Source: an uncultured Solibacteraceae bacterium
Lineage (GTDB): Bacteria; Acidobacteriota; Terriglobia; Bryobacterales; Bryobacteraceae
DNA length: 64,000 nucleotides
Assembly: GCA_964561215.1 (NCBI GenBank)
Contig: CAZLOS010000011.1
Coordinates: forward strand, 7,143 to 71,142
Direction of reading: 5' to 3'
Position 1 is the first letter of the stretch. Each line of letters opens with the position of its first letter. Position numbers and translations under genes: made by a program. Positions 1 through 9,083 of the stretch are shown piece after piece. The notes under the pieces were generated by a model that was not told where the DNA came from, did not search any database, and saw only the letters and a list, made by a program, of their open reading frames with translations.

Positions 1-1
1 G

Positions 2-1306
2 TTCATTTACAACGACCTCACCCGCACGCCCCTCTGGAAGCCGGGCATGCGCGCGCGGCTGCTCGAAACGCAGGCCGGCGGCAAACCAGTGGTCGTCATT
101 GCCGGGGCCATGCAGAAACCCTGGACTTACACCGTACTGCCCCCCGCCGAACTGCGTCTGCTCTACGCCGACTCGATGGCAAACGGCGCCGGCATCTACT
201 ACAGCCTCACGCCCACTATGCTCGACCAGCCCGAGACCCGCGCCATCGCGGACATCAACGCCTTCTTTACCCGTAACCTCGACTATTACCGCCGCACGCG
301 CTCCGAAGCCCGTGTCGCCCTGGTATGGTCGGATACCACCGTGAACACTTACGAAGGATCTGCCGCGCAGCTCATGGACATGTACGACGTGCCCGCGCGC
401 CGCGAAATCGGCAATCCCGAATCGGAGTTCTGGGGCTTGGCCGAAGCGCTCCTGCGCGCCCACGTGCCTTTCGACGTAATCGACGATTGGACCCTGGAAC
501 GCGATCCGCTCTCGCGCTACCGCCTGGTCGTGCTCCCTAACGTTGCCTCCATGAGCGACCACACCGCAGCTCGCCTGCGCGAGCACGTTCGCTCCGGCGG
601 CCATCTGCTCGCCACCTTCGAGACTTCGCTCTATAACGAACTGGGCGAGAAGCGCCCGGATTTCGCCCTTGCCGGCGCATTCGGCGCTTCCAGCTCCGGC
701 TCTGTGGCAGGCCGCCGCCTCTGGGACTACATGAGCCCCGCTCTCGCGCATCCATTCCTTGCCGGCCTCGCTCCGCGCTTCGCCCCCTCCACCACCTACT
801 ACGCGCATGCCGCCCCGCGCACCGCCAAGGTGCTTGCGCGCTACACCCGGAAAGCGATAGGCCCTTACGATGGCGAATCCGCGCCCGGCCCGGACCCTGC
901 CGTCCTCGTCACCGCGTGGGGCACCGGGCAGGCCGCCTACATCCCCGGTGACTTGGGAGCGACGCTCGCCACCTACCGCATGACCGACCTCTACCAGTTG
1001 GTCGAAAATGCCGTCCGCTCGCTGGCCCCCCCCGAAGTGACCGTCGAAGGCGGTCCAGGATCGATGGAACTCGTGGTGCGATCACAGGACAACGGCCGCC
1101 GCTGGCTCATCCACCTGGGTAATTTCACGGCCGAAATGACGCGCCCTATCCGGCAGGTCATCCCCTTCGAGAACCTGCGTCTTAGGGTTCCGGCCCGCTT
1201 CCGCCACGCCCGTTCCCTGGTCTCACCGCGGGATCTCGCCCTGAATGGCGGAGCCTTCACGTTGCCACGTGTCTCCGAATATGAAGTGATCGTGGTGGAG
1301 CCGTGA
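2..1306 (+). CDS. Protein with GH42-type beta-galactosidase trimerisation (GATase1-like) domain; 5' end lies outside the window
   Basis: Frame is open from base 2 to the first ATG at 47, so the gene is cut by the window edge. Segment YRLVVLPNVASMSDHTAARLREHVRSGGHLLATFETS resembles the GH42 middle domain. GC3-rich codons. Confidence 0.5.
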   Translation, partial: FIYNDLTRTPLWKPGMRARLLETQAGGKPVVVIAGAMQKPWTYTVLPPAELRLLYADSMANGAGIYYSLTPTMLDQPETRAIADINAFFTRNLDYYRRTRSEARVALVWSDTTVNTYEGSAAQLMDMYDVPARREIGNPESEFWGLAEALLRAHVPFDVIDDWTLERDPLSRYRLVVLPNVASMSDHTAARLREHVRSGGHLLATFETSLYNELGEKRPDFALAGAFGASSSGSVAGRRLWDYMSPALAHPFLAGLAPRFAPSTTYYAHAAPRTAKVLARYTRKAIGPYDGESAPGPDPAVLVTAWGTGQAAYIPGDLGATLATYRMTDLYQLVENAVRSLAPPEVTVEGGPGSMELVVRSQDNGRRWLIHLGNFTAEMTRPIRQVIPFENLRLRVPARFRHARSLVSPRDLALNGGAFTLPRVSEYEVIVVEP

Positions 1307-1351
1307 CCATCCGGCGTGAAACAATGGGACGAAACAGGTTGAAGGACTCCC

Positions 1352-2659
1352 ATGGTCGAATTTGACGGCGTCTCGAAGAGCTACTCCATCTACGAATCGC
1401 CCGGCGACCGTCTCAAGGAGCTGGCCACCTTCAACCGCCGCAGCTACCACAAAGATTTCTGGGCCTTGCGCGACGTGAGCTTCCGCGTACCGCGCGGCGA
1501 AACCTTCTGCGTCATCGGCGAAAACGGCTCGGGCAAGAGTACCCTCCTGCAAATGGTGGCCGGTATTCTTCCCGCCACCACCGGCACCGTCACCGTCGAC
1601 GGACGCGTCTCCGCATTGCTCGAGTTGGGCACCGGCTTCAATCCCGAATTCAGCGGCCGGGATAACGTCTACCTGAACGGCTCCATCCTGGGCTTCTCCA
1701 CCGCCGAGATGGATCGGAAATACACAGAGATCGCCGACTTCGCCGAGATCGGCGACTTCATCAACCGGCCTGTCAAGACTTACTCGAGCGGGATGGTCGT
1801 GCGGCTCGCTTTCGCCGTGGTGATCCACGTGGACCCCGAGATTCTGCTGGTGGACGAAGCGCTCGCCGTGGGCGACCTGTACTTCCGGCAGCGGTGCATG
1901 CGCAAGGTCCACGAATTGCGCGAGCGCGGCATCACCATCCTCTTCGTTTCGCATTCCATGGGCGACGTGAAGGCCGTCGGCGATCGCACGCTATGGCTCG
2001 ATCGGGGCCGCATCAAGGAACTTGGCGCCACCGACATGGTGGTCTCCAAGTACCTTGCCGCCATGGTCGAGAAAGACTCCGCCTACCTTACCTTGGGCGC
2101 CCGCCCCGAGGCCACGTGCGCAGCCAAACGCTCTCAAGCCCCCGAGGTCGTCGAAAGCATTCCGAATATAGATTACCGTTACGGCGACGGGCGCGCGGAG
2201 ATCCTTGGCATCGCCGTGCTGGACGAGTTCGGCCGGCGGGTTTCCCTGATGGAGCCGAATCAGCGCATCGTCGTGCGGGTCAGCGTGCGGGCCAAGGCCG
2301 ACGTTCCACTGCCCATCGTCGGCTTCATGTTCCGCAATCACCTCGGTATGGATTTCTCCGGCACCAACACCGCCCGGGAAGGATATCCGCTTGCTCCCAT
2401 GCATGCCGGCGACATCTCGACCGTGGACTTTCACGTCGACCTCCCCGAGCTCTATCCGGCGTCCTTCTCCTTTTCCCCGGCTATTGCAGATGGGACGCTG
2501 TTGAGCTACACAATGTGCGATTGGATCGATAACGCCGTGGTGCTTCAAATGGGCCACGGCGAGGGACAGGTTTACGGTTTTATGCGCTTGAATTGCCGCG
2601 TCGAAGTGAACGCGAGACTCGCCGGACCAACAGTGCCTCCGGAGGCCCAGAATGGCTGA
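1352..2659 (+). CDS. wzt: Polysaccharide/O-antigen ABC exporter ATP-binding protein (Wzt/TagH type) with C-terminal extension
   Basis: Walker A GENGSGKST, ABC signature YSSGMVVRL and Walker B ILLVDEALAVGD. TagH/Wzt-like N-terminus. About 190 aa follow the nucleotide-binding domain. Confidence 0.85.
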   Translation: MVEFDGVSKSYSIYESPGDRLKELATFNRRSYHKDFWALRDVSFRVPRGETFCVIGENGSGKSTLLQMVAGILPATTGTVTVDGRVSALLELGTGFNPEFSGRDNVYLNGSILGFSTAEMDRKYTEIADFAEIGDFINRPVKTYSSGMVVRLAFAVVIHVDPEILLVDEALAVGDLYFRQRCMRKVHELRERGITILFVSHSMGDVKAVGDRTLWLDRGRIKELGATDMVVSKYLAAMVEKDSAYLTLGARPEATCAAKRSQAPEVVESIPNIDYRYGDGRAEILGIAVLDEFGRRVSLMEPNQRIVVRVSVRAKADVPLPIVGFMFRNHLGMDFSGTNTAREGYPLAPMHAGDISTVDFHVDLPELYPASFSFSPAIADGTLLSYTMCDWIDNAVVLQMGHGEGQVYGFMRLNCRVEVNARLAGPTVPPEAQNG

Positions 2660-3773
2660 ATTCACGGGTGAACGCGTGGTGCCCGGCGAGGTTGATGTCG
2701 ACCTCTGGAACGAACACCTGGCGCGCTACCACTTCGCATCACGCCTGGCGCGTTCCAAGCGCGTGCTCGATGCGGGCTGCGGCGCCGGCTACGGCTCGGC
2801 GCTTCTGGCCCAGGACGCCCTCGAAGTGTTCGGGGTGGACCTGAAACCCGAAGCTGTCGCGTACGCCCGCGCCAATTACAGCGAGCCGAATCTCTTCTTC
2901 GCGCAAGGTTCCTGCGCCGCGCTGCCCCTCGCTTCGGCTTCCCTCGACCTCGTCGTCGCCTTCGAAGTCATCGAGCATATTGCCGAGTGGCGCGATTTTC
3001 TCGCCGAAGCCCGCCGCGTGCTTCGTCCCTCGGGCCAATTCGTGGTTTCCACTCCGAATAAGGACTACTACACGGCCTCCCGCGGCGCGTCCGGCTTGAA
3101 TCCGTACCACGTGCACGAGTTCACCTACGAGGAATTCCTCCAGGAGCTCACGCAAGTCTTCCCCAGCGTCTGTCTATATCTCGAAAACCACAGCGAGAGC
3201 ATTGTTTTCCAACCCGTCTCTCCGGATGGCGCGGCGCTGGTGAAGATGGAAGAAGGCTCTGCCGAAGCGCACGAGGCGAGCTTTTACGTCGCCGTTTGCG
3301 CCGCCTCGACGCAAACCGGCGCGCCCACCTACGTGTACGTTCCCCGCGCGAGCAACGTCCTGCTTGAACGCGAGCGCCACATCGCCCGCCTGGAAGGTGA
3401 GCTCGTCCTCAAGGACGAGTGGCTCTCCACCGTCAAGTCCGAGCATGCCGACCTGGTCGAGAAGTTCCGCGCCTTACACGCCGAGCTCGAAGAGAGCAAT
3501 CGCTGGGCAGAACAGTTGAGCGAACAACTCAAGGAAGCGGCCGAGAAGGTTTCCGCATACAACGCCAAGATCGCCGAACTCGAAGCCGAACACGTGCGCG
3601 AGGTCGAGTGGGTCCGCAAGACGGAGGCGGCCCTGGAAGAACGTACAAAGTGGGCGCTCAGCTTGGAACAGGAGAAGTCCGCCCTCGAAGAACAGTTGAA
3701 CTTGGTGCGCGCCTCACGTTGGGTGAAACTCGGCAAGTCCCTCGGCCTCGGTCCCAAGTTGGGAGACGCTTGA
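2652..3773 (+). CDS. Class I SAM-dependent methyltransferase with long C-terminal coiled coil
   Basis: SAM motif VLDAGCGAGYGS and DLVVAFEVIEH. C-terminal ~115 aa are heptad-rich and charged (LEGELVLKDEWL...EQEKSALEEQLNLV). The ATG overlaps the wzt stop by 8 nt. Confidence 0.8.
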   Translation: MAEFTGERVVPGEVDVDLWNEHLARYHFASRLARSKRVLDAGCGAGYGSALLAQDALEVFGVDLKPEAVAYARANYSEPNLFFAQGSCAALPLASASLDLVVAFEVIEHIAEWRDFLAEARRVLRPSGQFVVSTPNKDYYTASRGASGLNPYHVHEFTYEEFLQELTQVFPSVCLYLENHSESIVFQPVSPDGAALVKMEEGSAEAHEASFYVAVCAASTQTGAPTYVYVPRASNVLLERERHIARLEGELVLKDEWLSTVKSEHADLVEKFRALHAELEESNRWAEQLSEQLKEAAEKVSAYNAKIAELEAEHVREVEWVRKTEAALEERTKWALSLEQEKSALEEQLNLVRASRWVKLGKSLGLGPKLGDA

Positions 3774-3774
3774 G

Positions 3775-6102
3775 ATGACGCTGCTCGCCCGCGTCTTGCG
3801 CGCGCTTCCGTTGCTGGTCGTCTCCCCGTTGCTCGTAGTTCTCTCGGCCCTGGCCGTAGCCGCAACGGATCTGATGTGGATCCTGTTCGGCCGAAGGCGG
3901 CCGCACGCGCCGCGACCCATCTCGAACCAGGCGGCCAGCGTCGTCATTCCCAGCTGGAATGCACGCGACCTGCTCGAAAAGTACCTGCCGCCCCTCGTTG
4001 AAGCCCTTCGCTACAACCCCGATAACGAGATCGTGCTGGTGGACAACGGATCCACCGACGGGAGCGCGGCCATGGTGCGCAAGCGCTTCCCCGGCGTGCG
4101 CGTGCTCGCCCTCGAACGCAATCTCGGCTTCGGCGGCGGCGCTAATGCAGGGGTGCGCGCCGCGCGCAACGACATCGTCATCCTCCTCAATAACGACATG
4201 CGCGTCGCGCCGGACTTCCTCCCCCCTCTGCTCGGAGCCTTCCGCGACCCGACCGTCTTCGCCGTCTCCTGCCAGATCTATATCAGCGACCCGAAGAAGA
4301 CGCGCGAGGAAACCGGCCTGGCACAAGGGTGGTGGGAGCATGGCTGTTTCCGCGTGCGCCATCGTATCGACGCCGGGATCAAGGACCTCTACCCGTGCTT
4401 TTACGCCGGCGGCGGCTCCTGCGCTGTCGACCGCTGGAAGTTCCTCGAACTCGGGGGGTTCGATCCGCTCTATGAGCCTTTTTATTACGAAGACACCGAC
4501 CTCGGCTACCAGGCCTGGAAGCGCGGCTGGAAAATCTACTATCAGCCCCGCAGCGTCGTCTACCACGAGCACCGGGGCACCATCGGCCGCCGCTTCAGCC
4601 CGGCGTACATAGACCGCGTCGTAAAGAAGAACTGCCTGCTGTGGACCTGGAAGAACATCCATGAATGGCACCGCATGGTCAGCCATTACGCGTACAATTA
4701 CGCCGCGGCGTTGCTCAGCGTGTTCCTGGGCAATTCGCAGGAGCGTACCAGCCTGGCCGGCTGGTGGGGCGCGTTCCTCTCGCTCCCGCGCCTGATCCGT
4801 TCGCGCTGGCGCGCGCGCTCGCTCTCCGCCGTGGACGACACCGAGGCCTTCCGCCGTCCCTTGGGCGGCTACTTCCGGGACCGCTTCGCCCAAATGGAGC
4901 CCGCCCCCCAGCGCCCCAAGGTCCTCTTCGTCTCGCCCTATTCCATCTGCCCGCCCGTTCACGGCGGCGGCGTGTTCATGTACCAGACCCTCGACACGCT
5001 GGTAGGCCTCACCGAAGTCCACCTGGTGGTGCTGATCGACGAAGCCTGGCAAAAGGCCGCCCACGACCCGCTGGTGGCTCGCTGCGGCTCGGCTGAATTC
5101 ATCGCGCGCATGAAGGGCCGCCGGAACACCCTCGGCTCCATCCTGCCCCACGCCGTCAGCGAGTACGCCAACCAGGATCTCGCCTGGCTTCTGCACCGCC
5201 AGATCTATTTGTACGGCATCGACGTCGTGCAGCTTGAATACACCCCGCTCGGCCAATACGCCGCCGCCTTCAACCGCATCGCCGTCATCCTGTTCGAGCA
5301 CGACGTCTACTTCCAGTCCATCGCCCGCGGCTTCGCCCAGGCCCGCGGCCTTGCCGCAAAGCTCTCGAGCCGCTTCGAGTACCTCCGTGCGCTGCGTTGG
5401 GAACTCAACATGCTCCCGCGCGTCGATCGCATCCAGGTCTGCAGCCCCCAGAACCGGGACTTCCTCGTCAGCTTCCTACCCCGGGTGAAGGACCGCATCG
5501 ACGACGGCGTCCGCGCCGGAATCGACACTGCCCGCTACGATTTCTCGCCGCACGGCCGCCGCCCCTTTACCATGCTCTTCCTCGGCGGTTTCCGCCACCT
5601 GCCGAACCAGGCCGCGCTGAGTTGGTTTGCCGAGCGCGTGCTGCCGCTGGTCGTCGAACGGTGTCCCGAGGCGCGCCTGGTCGTCGTCGGTTCCGACCCG
5701 CCGCCCCGGCATTTCCTCCCCCAGGGCGTCCTGCCCTACGTCGAGTTCCGCGGTTTTGTCGAAGAGGTCCGCCAGCCGCTGGCCGAATGCGCCGTCTTCG
5801 TCTGCCCGATCCTGAGCGGATCCGGAATGCGCGTGAAGCTATTGGAGGCATTCGCCGCGGGCATTCCAGTCGTTTCTACATCTGTAGGAGCTGAAGGCTT
5901 AACCGATGGTGGTGACACTTGCCTGGTGGCTGACACGCCTGAGGAGTTCGCCGGGAGCGTCCTGCGCCTTTTCGAGGACCCGGACCTGGCCGTCCAACTG
6001 GCCGGACGCGCCCGCGCCCTGGTGGAGAGCAAGTTCGACATGCGCGTGATGACGCACGCCCTCCTGGAAACCTACCGCTCCGCGGTGCGGGACAAGCGGT
6101 AG
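3775..6102 (+). CDS. Bifunctional glycosyltransferase (N-terminal GT2 domain, C-terminal GT4/GT1-type domain)
   Basis: N-terminal TM segment, then GT2 motifs VVIPSWN...VLVDNGSTDGS...NLGFGGGANAG and DxD-like NNDM. C-terminal GT4 motif SGSGMRVKLLEAFAAGIPVVST. Confidence 0.8.
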   Translation: MTLLARVLRALPLLVVSPLLVVLSALAVAATDLMWILFGRRRPHAPRPISNQAASVVIPSWNARDLLEKYLPPLVEALRYNPDNEIVLVDNGSTDGSAAMVRKRFPGVRVLALERNLGFGGGANAGVRAARNDIVILLNNDMRVAPDFLPPLLGAFRDPTVFAVSCQIYISDPKKTREETGLAQGWWEHGCFRVRHRIDAGIKDLYPCFYAGGGSCAVDRWKFLELGGFDPLYEPFYYEDTDLGYQAWKRGWKIYYQPRSVVYHEHRGTIGRRFSPAYIDRVVKKNCLLWTWKNIHEWHRMVSHYAYNYAAALLSVFLGNSQERTSLAGWWGAFLSLPRLIRSRWRARSLSAVDDTEAFRRPLGGYFRDRFAQMEPAPQRPKVLFVSPYSICPPVHGGGVFMYQTLDTLVGLTEVHLVVLIDEAWQKAAHDPLVARCGSAEFIARMKGRRNTLGSILPHAVSEYANQDLAWLLHRQIYLYGIDVVQLEYTPLGQYAAAFNRIAVILFEHDVYFQSIARGFAQARGLAAKLSSRFEYLRALRWELNMLPRVDRIQVCSPQNRDFLVSFLPRVKDRIDDGVRAGIDTARYDFSPHGRRPFTMLFLGGFRHLPNQAALSWFAERVLPLVVERCPEARLVVVGSDPPPRHFLPQGVLPYVEFRGFVEEVRQPLAECAVFVCPILSGSGMRVKLLEAFAAGIPVVSTSVGAEGLTDGGDTCLVADTPEEFAGSVLRLFEDPDLAVQLAGRARALVESKFDMRVMTHALLETYRSAVRDKR

Positions 6103-6131
6103 TTTCGCTTATCGGATGCTACCCTGAAGCC

Positions 6132-7364
6132 ATGCGGTACCTCAGGTGCGGGATCCTCCTCGCTCTCGCCGCCATGTTCGCCCAGGCCGGCGACTTGCAT
6201 GCCGCCGCGCGCGCCGGCGACGTGGCCCGGGTCCGCACCCTGCTCGATGCCGGCGTGTCTGCCAACGAGCGCGACACCCTCGGCGGAACACCGCTGCACG
6301 ACGCTGCCTGGGCCGGGCACATCGCCGTGGCGGAACTCCTGCTCGCCCACGGGGCCGACCCCGACTCCAGGCACGAGGAGGGCGGTTCGACTCCGTTGCA
6401 TTACGCCATCATCACCAATCATCCGGAGCTGGCGGCGCTGCTCGTCTCCAAGGGCGCTCACGTCAACGTCCCCTACCGCAACGGCATCACCGCACTGCAC
6501 CTGGCCGCGAACCGCGGCTACTTGAGTTTGGCCGAATTCCTGCTTTCCCACGGCGCCCGCGTCAACGCGGCGGACGCCACCGGATCCACGCCTCTGCACG
6601 AAGCCGCCTGGAAAGGGCACGCCGGCATGGTGAAGTTCCTCATCTCGAAAGGGGCCGCCATCAACGTGAAGGATCGGGACGAAGGCGCCACGCCGCTGCA
6701 CGAGGCCGCCGCCAAGGGGCAGACGGACGCCGTGGCCGCGTTGCTCGCCGCCGGCGCCGACCCGAACCTTCGCGATCTCAGCGGCGCCACGCCGCTCGAC
6801 GAAGCCCTGCGTTTCCGCCATGCCCAGGTCGTGGAATTGCTCCTGTCGCACGGAGCCCGCATCGAAGGCGCCGATCCCTCCTCCGCGCGCCGCTTGCAGG
6901 ACGCCGTGCTTCGCGGCCAGACCGACCTGGTGACCCTGCTCCTTGAAAAGGGCGCCGACCCGAACACGAAGACCGCCCAAGGCTCCACCCCGTTGCACGA
7001 TGCCGCGCTCAAGGGGCATAAGGAGATCGTCGAACTGCTGCTCGGCCGGGGCGCCCGCCTCGACGCGCCCAACGGCTCCGGCGCGACGCCGCTGCACGAT
7101 GCCGCCCTGGGAGGCCATCGCGCCGTCGCGGAACTGCTCATCGAACGCGGCGCCGCCGTCGACGCCCGCGACAGCGAGTCCGGGGCCACACCGCTGTTCC
7201 TCGCCGCAAGCTGGGGACGCATGGATGTCGCCGCGCTGCTGGTGTCCAAAGGCGCGGACGTCAATGCCCGCAACAAGGCAGGTGTCTCGCCCTTGGCTAT
7301 CGCCCTCAAGAACGGCCACGAAGATCTCGCCGCCCTGCTGCGCGACCGAGGCGCTAAAGAATAG
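6132..7364 (+). CDS. Secreted ankyrin-repeat protein (about 11-12 ANK repeats)
   Basis: Signal peptide MRYLRCGILLALAAMFAQA, followed by reiterated 33-aa units G.TPLH.AA..GH..V..LL..GA..N. Confidence 0.9.
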   Translation: MRYLRCGILLALAAMFAQAGDLHAAARAGDVARVRTLLDAGVSANERDTLGGTPLHDAAWAGHIAVAELLLAHGADPDSRHEEGGSTPLHYAIITNHPELAALLVSKGAHVNVPYRNGITALHLAANRGYLSLAEFLLSHGARVNAADATGSTPLHEAAWKGHAGMVKFLISKGAAINVKDRDEGATPLHEAAAKGQTDAVAALLAAGADPNLRDLSGATPLDEALRFRHAQVVELLLSHGARIEGADPSSARRLQDAVLRGQTDLVTLLLEKGADPNTKTAQGSTPLHDAALKGHKEIVELLLGRGARLDAPNGSGATPLHDAALGGHRAVAELLIERGAAVDARDSESGATPLFLAASWGRMDVAALLVSKGADVNARNKAGVSPLAIALKNGHEDLAALLRDRGAKE

Positions 7365-7388
7365 CCCTGCCGCTCCCGATGTACTAGC

Positions 7389-9056
7389 TTGGTGAAAGCC
7401 CGTAGTTCCCACACGCACCTGGCCGCCGCCGCCGAGGTGCTCAGCATGCAGCTTCGCGCTCACCTGAAGCGCTGGTCGTCGTTGTTTGCGCCCGTCGCCG
7501 CCCAGGCGGAACGCCGGTTTCTCTCCAGGCTCGCCCGGCTGGGCTTCGACGCCCGGCAGCGTAAAGCCCTGGCCGCCATCACGCCGGGCGCCGCCGCGCG
7601 CATTCTCGCCGAAGACCGTCCTCCGGCGCATTTCTTCGAACAAGTGGAGTACAGCGGCCGCCGCCTGGCAAAGCTTCGCCTCTCGCCGGCTGAAATCACC
7701 CGCGCCCTGCACGAATACGATAACATCCGGCTCTCCGGCCTGGGCCCACTGACTTCGCCCGACGCCGCCAATTTCCGCTGGGCGCGCAATCAACTGCACT
7801 TCTGCGCCATCCTCACTCTGAACAACGCTTTCTACCAGGTGCGCGAAACCGAAACCAGGACATTCTACGAACTCTTTCGCGCCGAGGTGGAATCGCGCAG
7901 CCTCGACCAGTTGCTGCGGCGCTTTCTCGAGATCCTCACGGGCTTCAGCCGCGCCCAAGCCGGAGCTCTTTTCCTGCGCGACGGCTCCGCTCGCACCTGG
8001 ATGCGGCGCGCGGTTGTGCCGGCCGCCGCGGCCGACGCTGCGCCGGGCTCAGAAAGCCACTGCCGCTTCGACAGGTTGGGCCGCCCCCGTTATCTCCGCG
8101 TAGGCGGCGCCGGCCAGGATTGCTGGCTGCTCCCCGATTGGCGCGGGCGTTACGCCTGCTGCTGGTCCGTGCCACTGGCGGCCGAGGGCCGCGCGCTCGG
8201 CGTGATGCAGTTTGCTTTCGACAAACCCTACGAATGGCTGCCTCGGGAACTGGAGCTGCTCGAGGTGGCCGCCGAACGCTGCACGCTGGCCGCGCAAAAG
8301 GCCCGCCTGATGGAAGAACTCGCCGAACGCGAGGAACAGGTTCGCGGCCTGGCGGAGCACCTCATACAGGTCGAGGAGATGGAGCGCCGCAGGGTCAGCC
8401 GCGAACTGCATGACGAAGCCGGACAATCTCTCCTTTACATTCGCCTGCAACTGGAGATGCTCGAGCGCGCCGTCGCCGGCGGACATCCGGCGTTGGCTGC
8501 ACAGTTGGGGGATATTCGCGACCTGCTGGAGAAGGACATCATCGAAATCCGGCGGGTCATCGGCGCCCTCAGCCCCGCCGTGCTGGCTCAACTGGGCCTG
8601 GCGCCGGCTTTGCGGCAGCTCGTCAGCCAGCTCCGGCGGCGGCATCCCGCCCGCGTCCGCCTCCAGGTGTCTCGCTTAGGGAGGCTTCCGGAAAAGACCG
8701 AAGCTACCGTGTACAGGCTTGTGCAGGAGTGCTGCAACAACATCATTAAACATTCCTCGGCAACGCATGTAAACCTTTCCGTGGGTTCAGCCGATGGAGT
8801 ACTGAGACTGAATGTTGAGGATGACGGTGTCGGTTTTCGAGTTGAGGAAGCACTTGCCAAACGGGGTTCTTTCGGCCTGGCTGGCATCCGGGAGCGCGTG
8901 GCGCTTCTCGGTGGACGATTTGACATCCGTAGCCGTCCCGGTGCCGGGACGAAGATAAAAATCGAGTTGCCGATCCCGCAACGAGCAAAGCACGAAGCGG
9001 GTCCGGCGGCGCGTCGAGCAAATGCTGGCCGCGCCAGAACAGAATCAAGACAATAG
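7389..9056 (+). CDS. Soluble GAF-domain sensor histidine kinase (HisKA_3 / NarX-DegS class)
   Basis: H-box RELHDEAGQSL, N-box ECCNNIIKHS, G-boxes EDDGVGF and GLAGIRERV. GAF-like region around LRRFLEILTGFSRAQAGALFL. No TM segment. The start is uncertain (TTG 7389 or ATG 7446). Confidence 0.85.
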   Translation: MVKARSSHTHLAAAAEVLSMQLRAHLKRWSSLFAPVAAQAERRFLSRLARLGFDARQRKALAAITPGAAARILAEDRPPAHFFEQVEYSGRRLAKLRLSPAEITRALHEYDNIRLSGLGPLTSPDAANFRWARNQLHFCAILTLNNAFYQVRETETRTFYELFRAEVESRSLDQLLRRFLEILTGFSRAQAGALFLRDGSARTWMRRAVVPAAAADAAPGSESHCRFDRLGRPRYLRVGGAGQDCWLLPDWRGRYACCWSVPLAAEGRALGVMQFAFDKPYEWLPRELELLEVAAERCTLAAQKARLMEELAEREEQVRGLAEHLIQVEEMERRRVSRELHDEAGQSLLYIRLQLEMLERAVAGGHPALAAQLGDIRDLLEKDIIEIRRVIGALSPAVLAQLGLAPALRQLVSQLRRRHPARVRLQVSRLGRLPEKTEATVYRLVQECCNNIIKHSSATHVNLSVGSADGVLRLNVEDDGVGFRVEEALAKRGSFGLAGIRERVALLGGRFDIRSRPGAGTKIKIELPIPQRAKHEAGPAARRANAGRARTESRQ

Positions 9057-9083
9057 GGATCTTGAGACAAGTCGAGTAAACGT

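Noticed and set aside
3658-5301. 547-aa minus-strand ORF
   Set aside because: It lies antisense to the GT2-GT4 gene, which has unambiguous catalytic motifs. Its composition is typical of high-GC shadow ORFs.
6146-6946. 266-aa plus-strand ORF in an alternative frame of the ankyrin gene
   Set aside because: Its product is an Arg/Pro/Gly-rich frame-shifted reading of the ANK repeats. The ANK frame has a signal peptide and canonical repeats.
6072-7958. 628-aa ORF on the minus strand covering the ankyrin gene and the kinase 5' end
   Set aside because: It lies antisense to two genes with clear domain signatures. Its product is Gly/Ala/Arg/Val-rich low-complexity sequence with no motifs. Long stop-free antisense frames are expected at this GC content.
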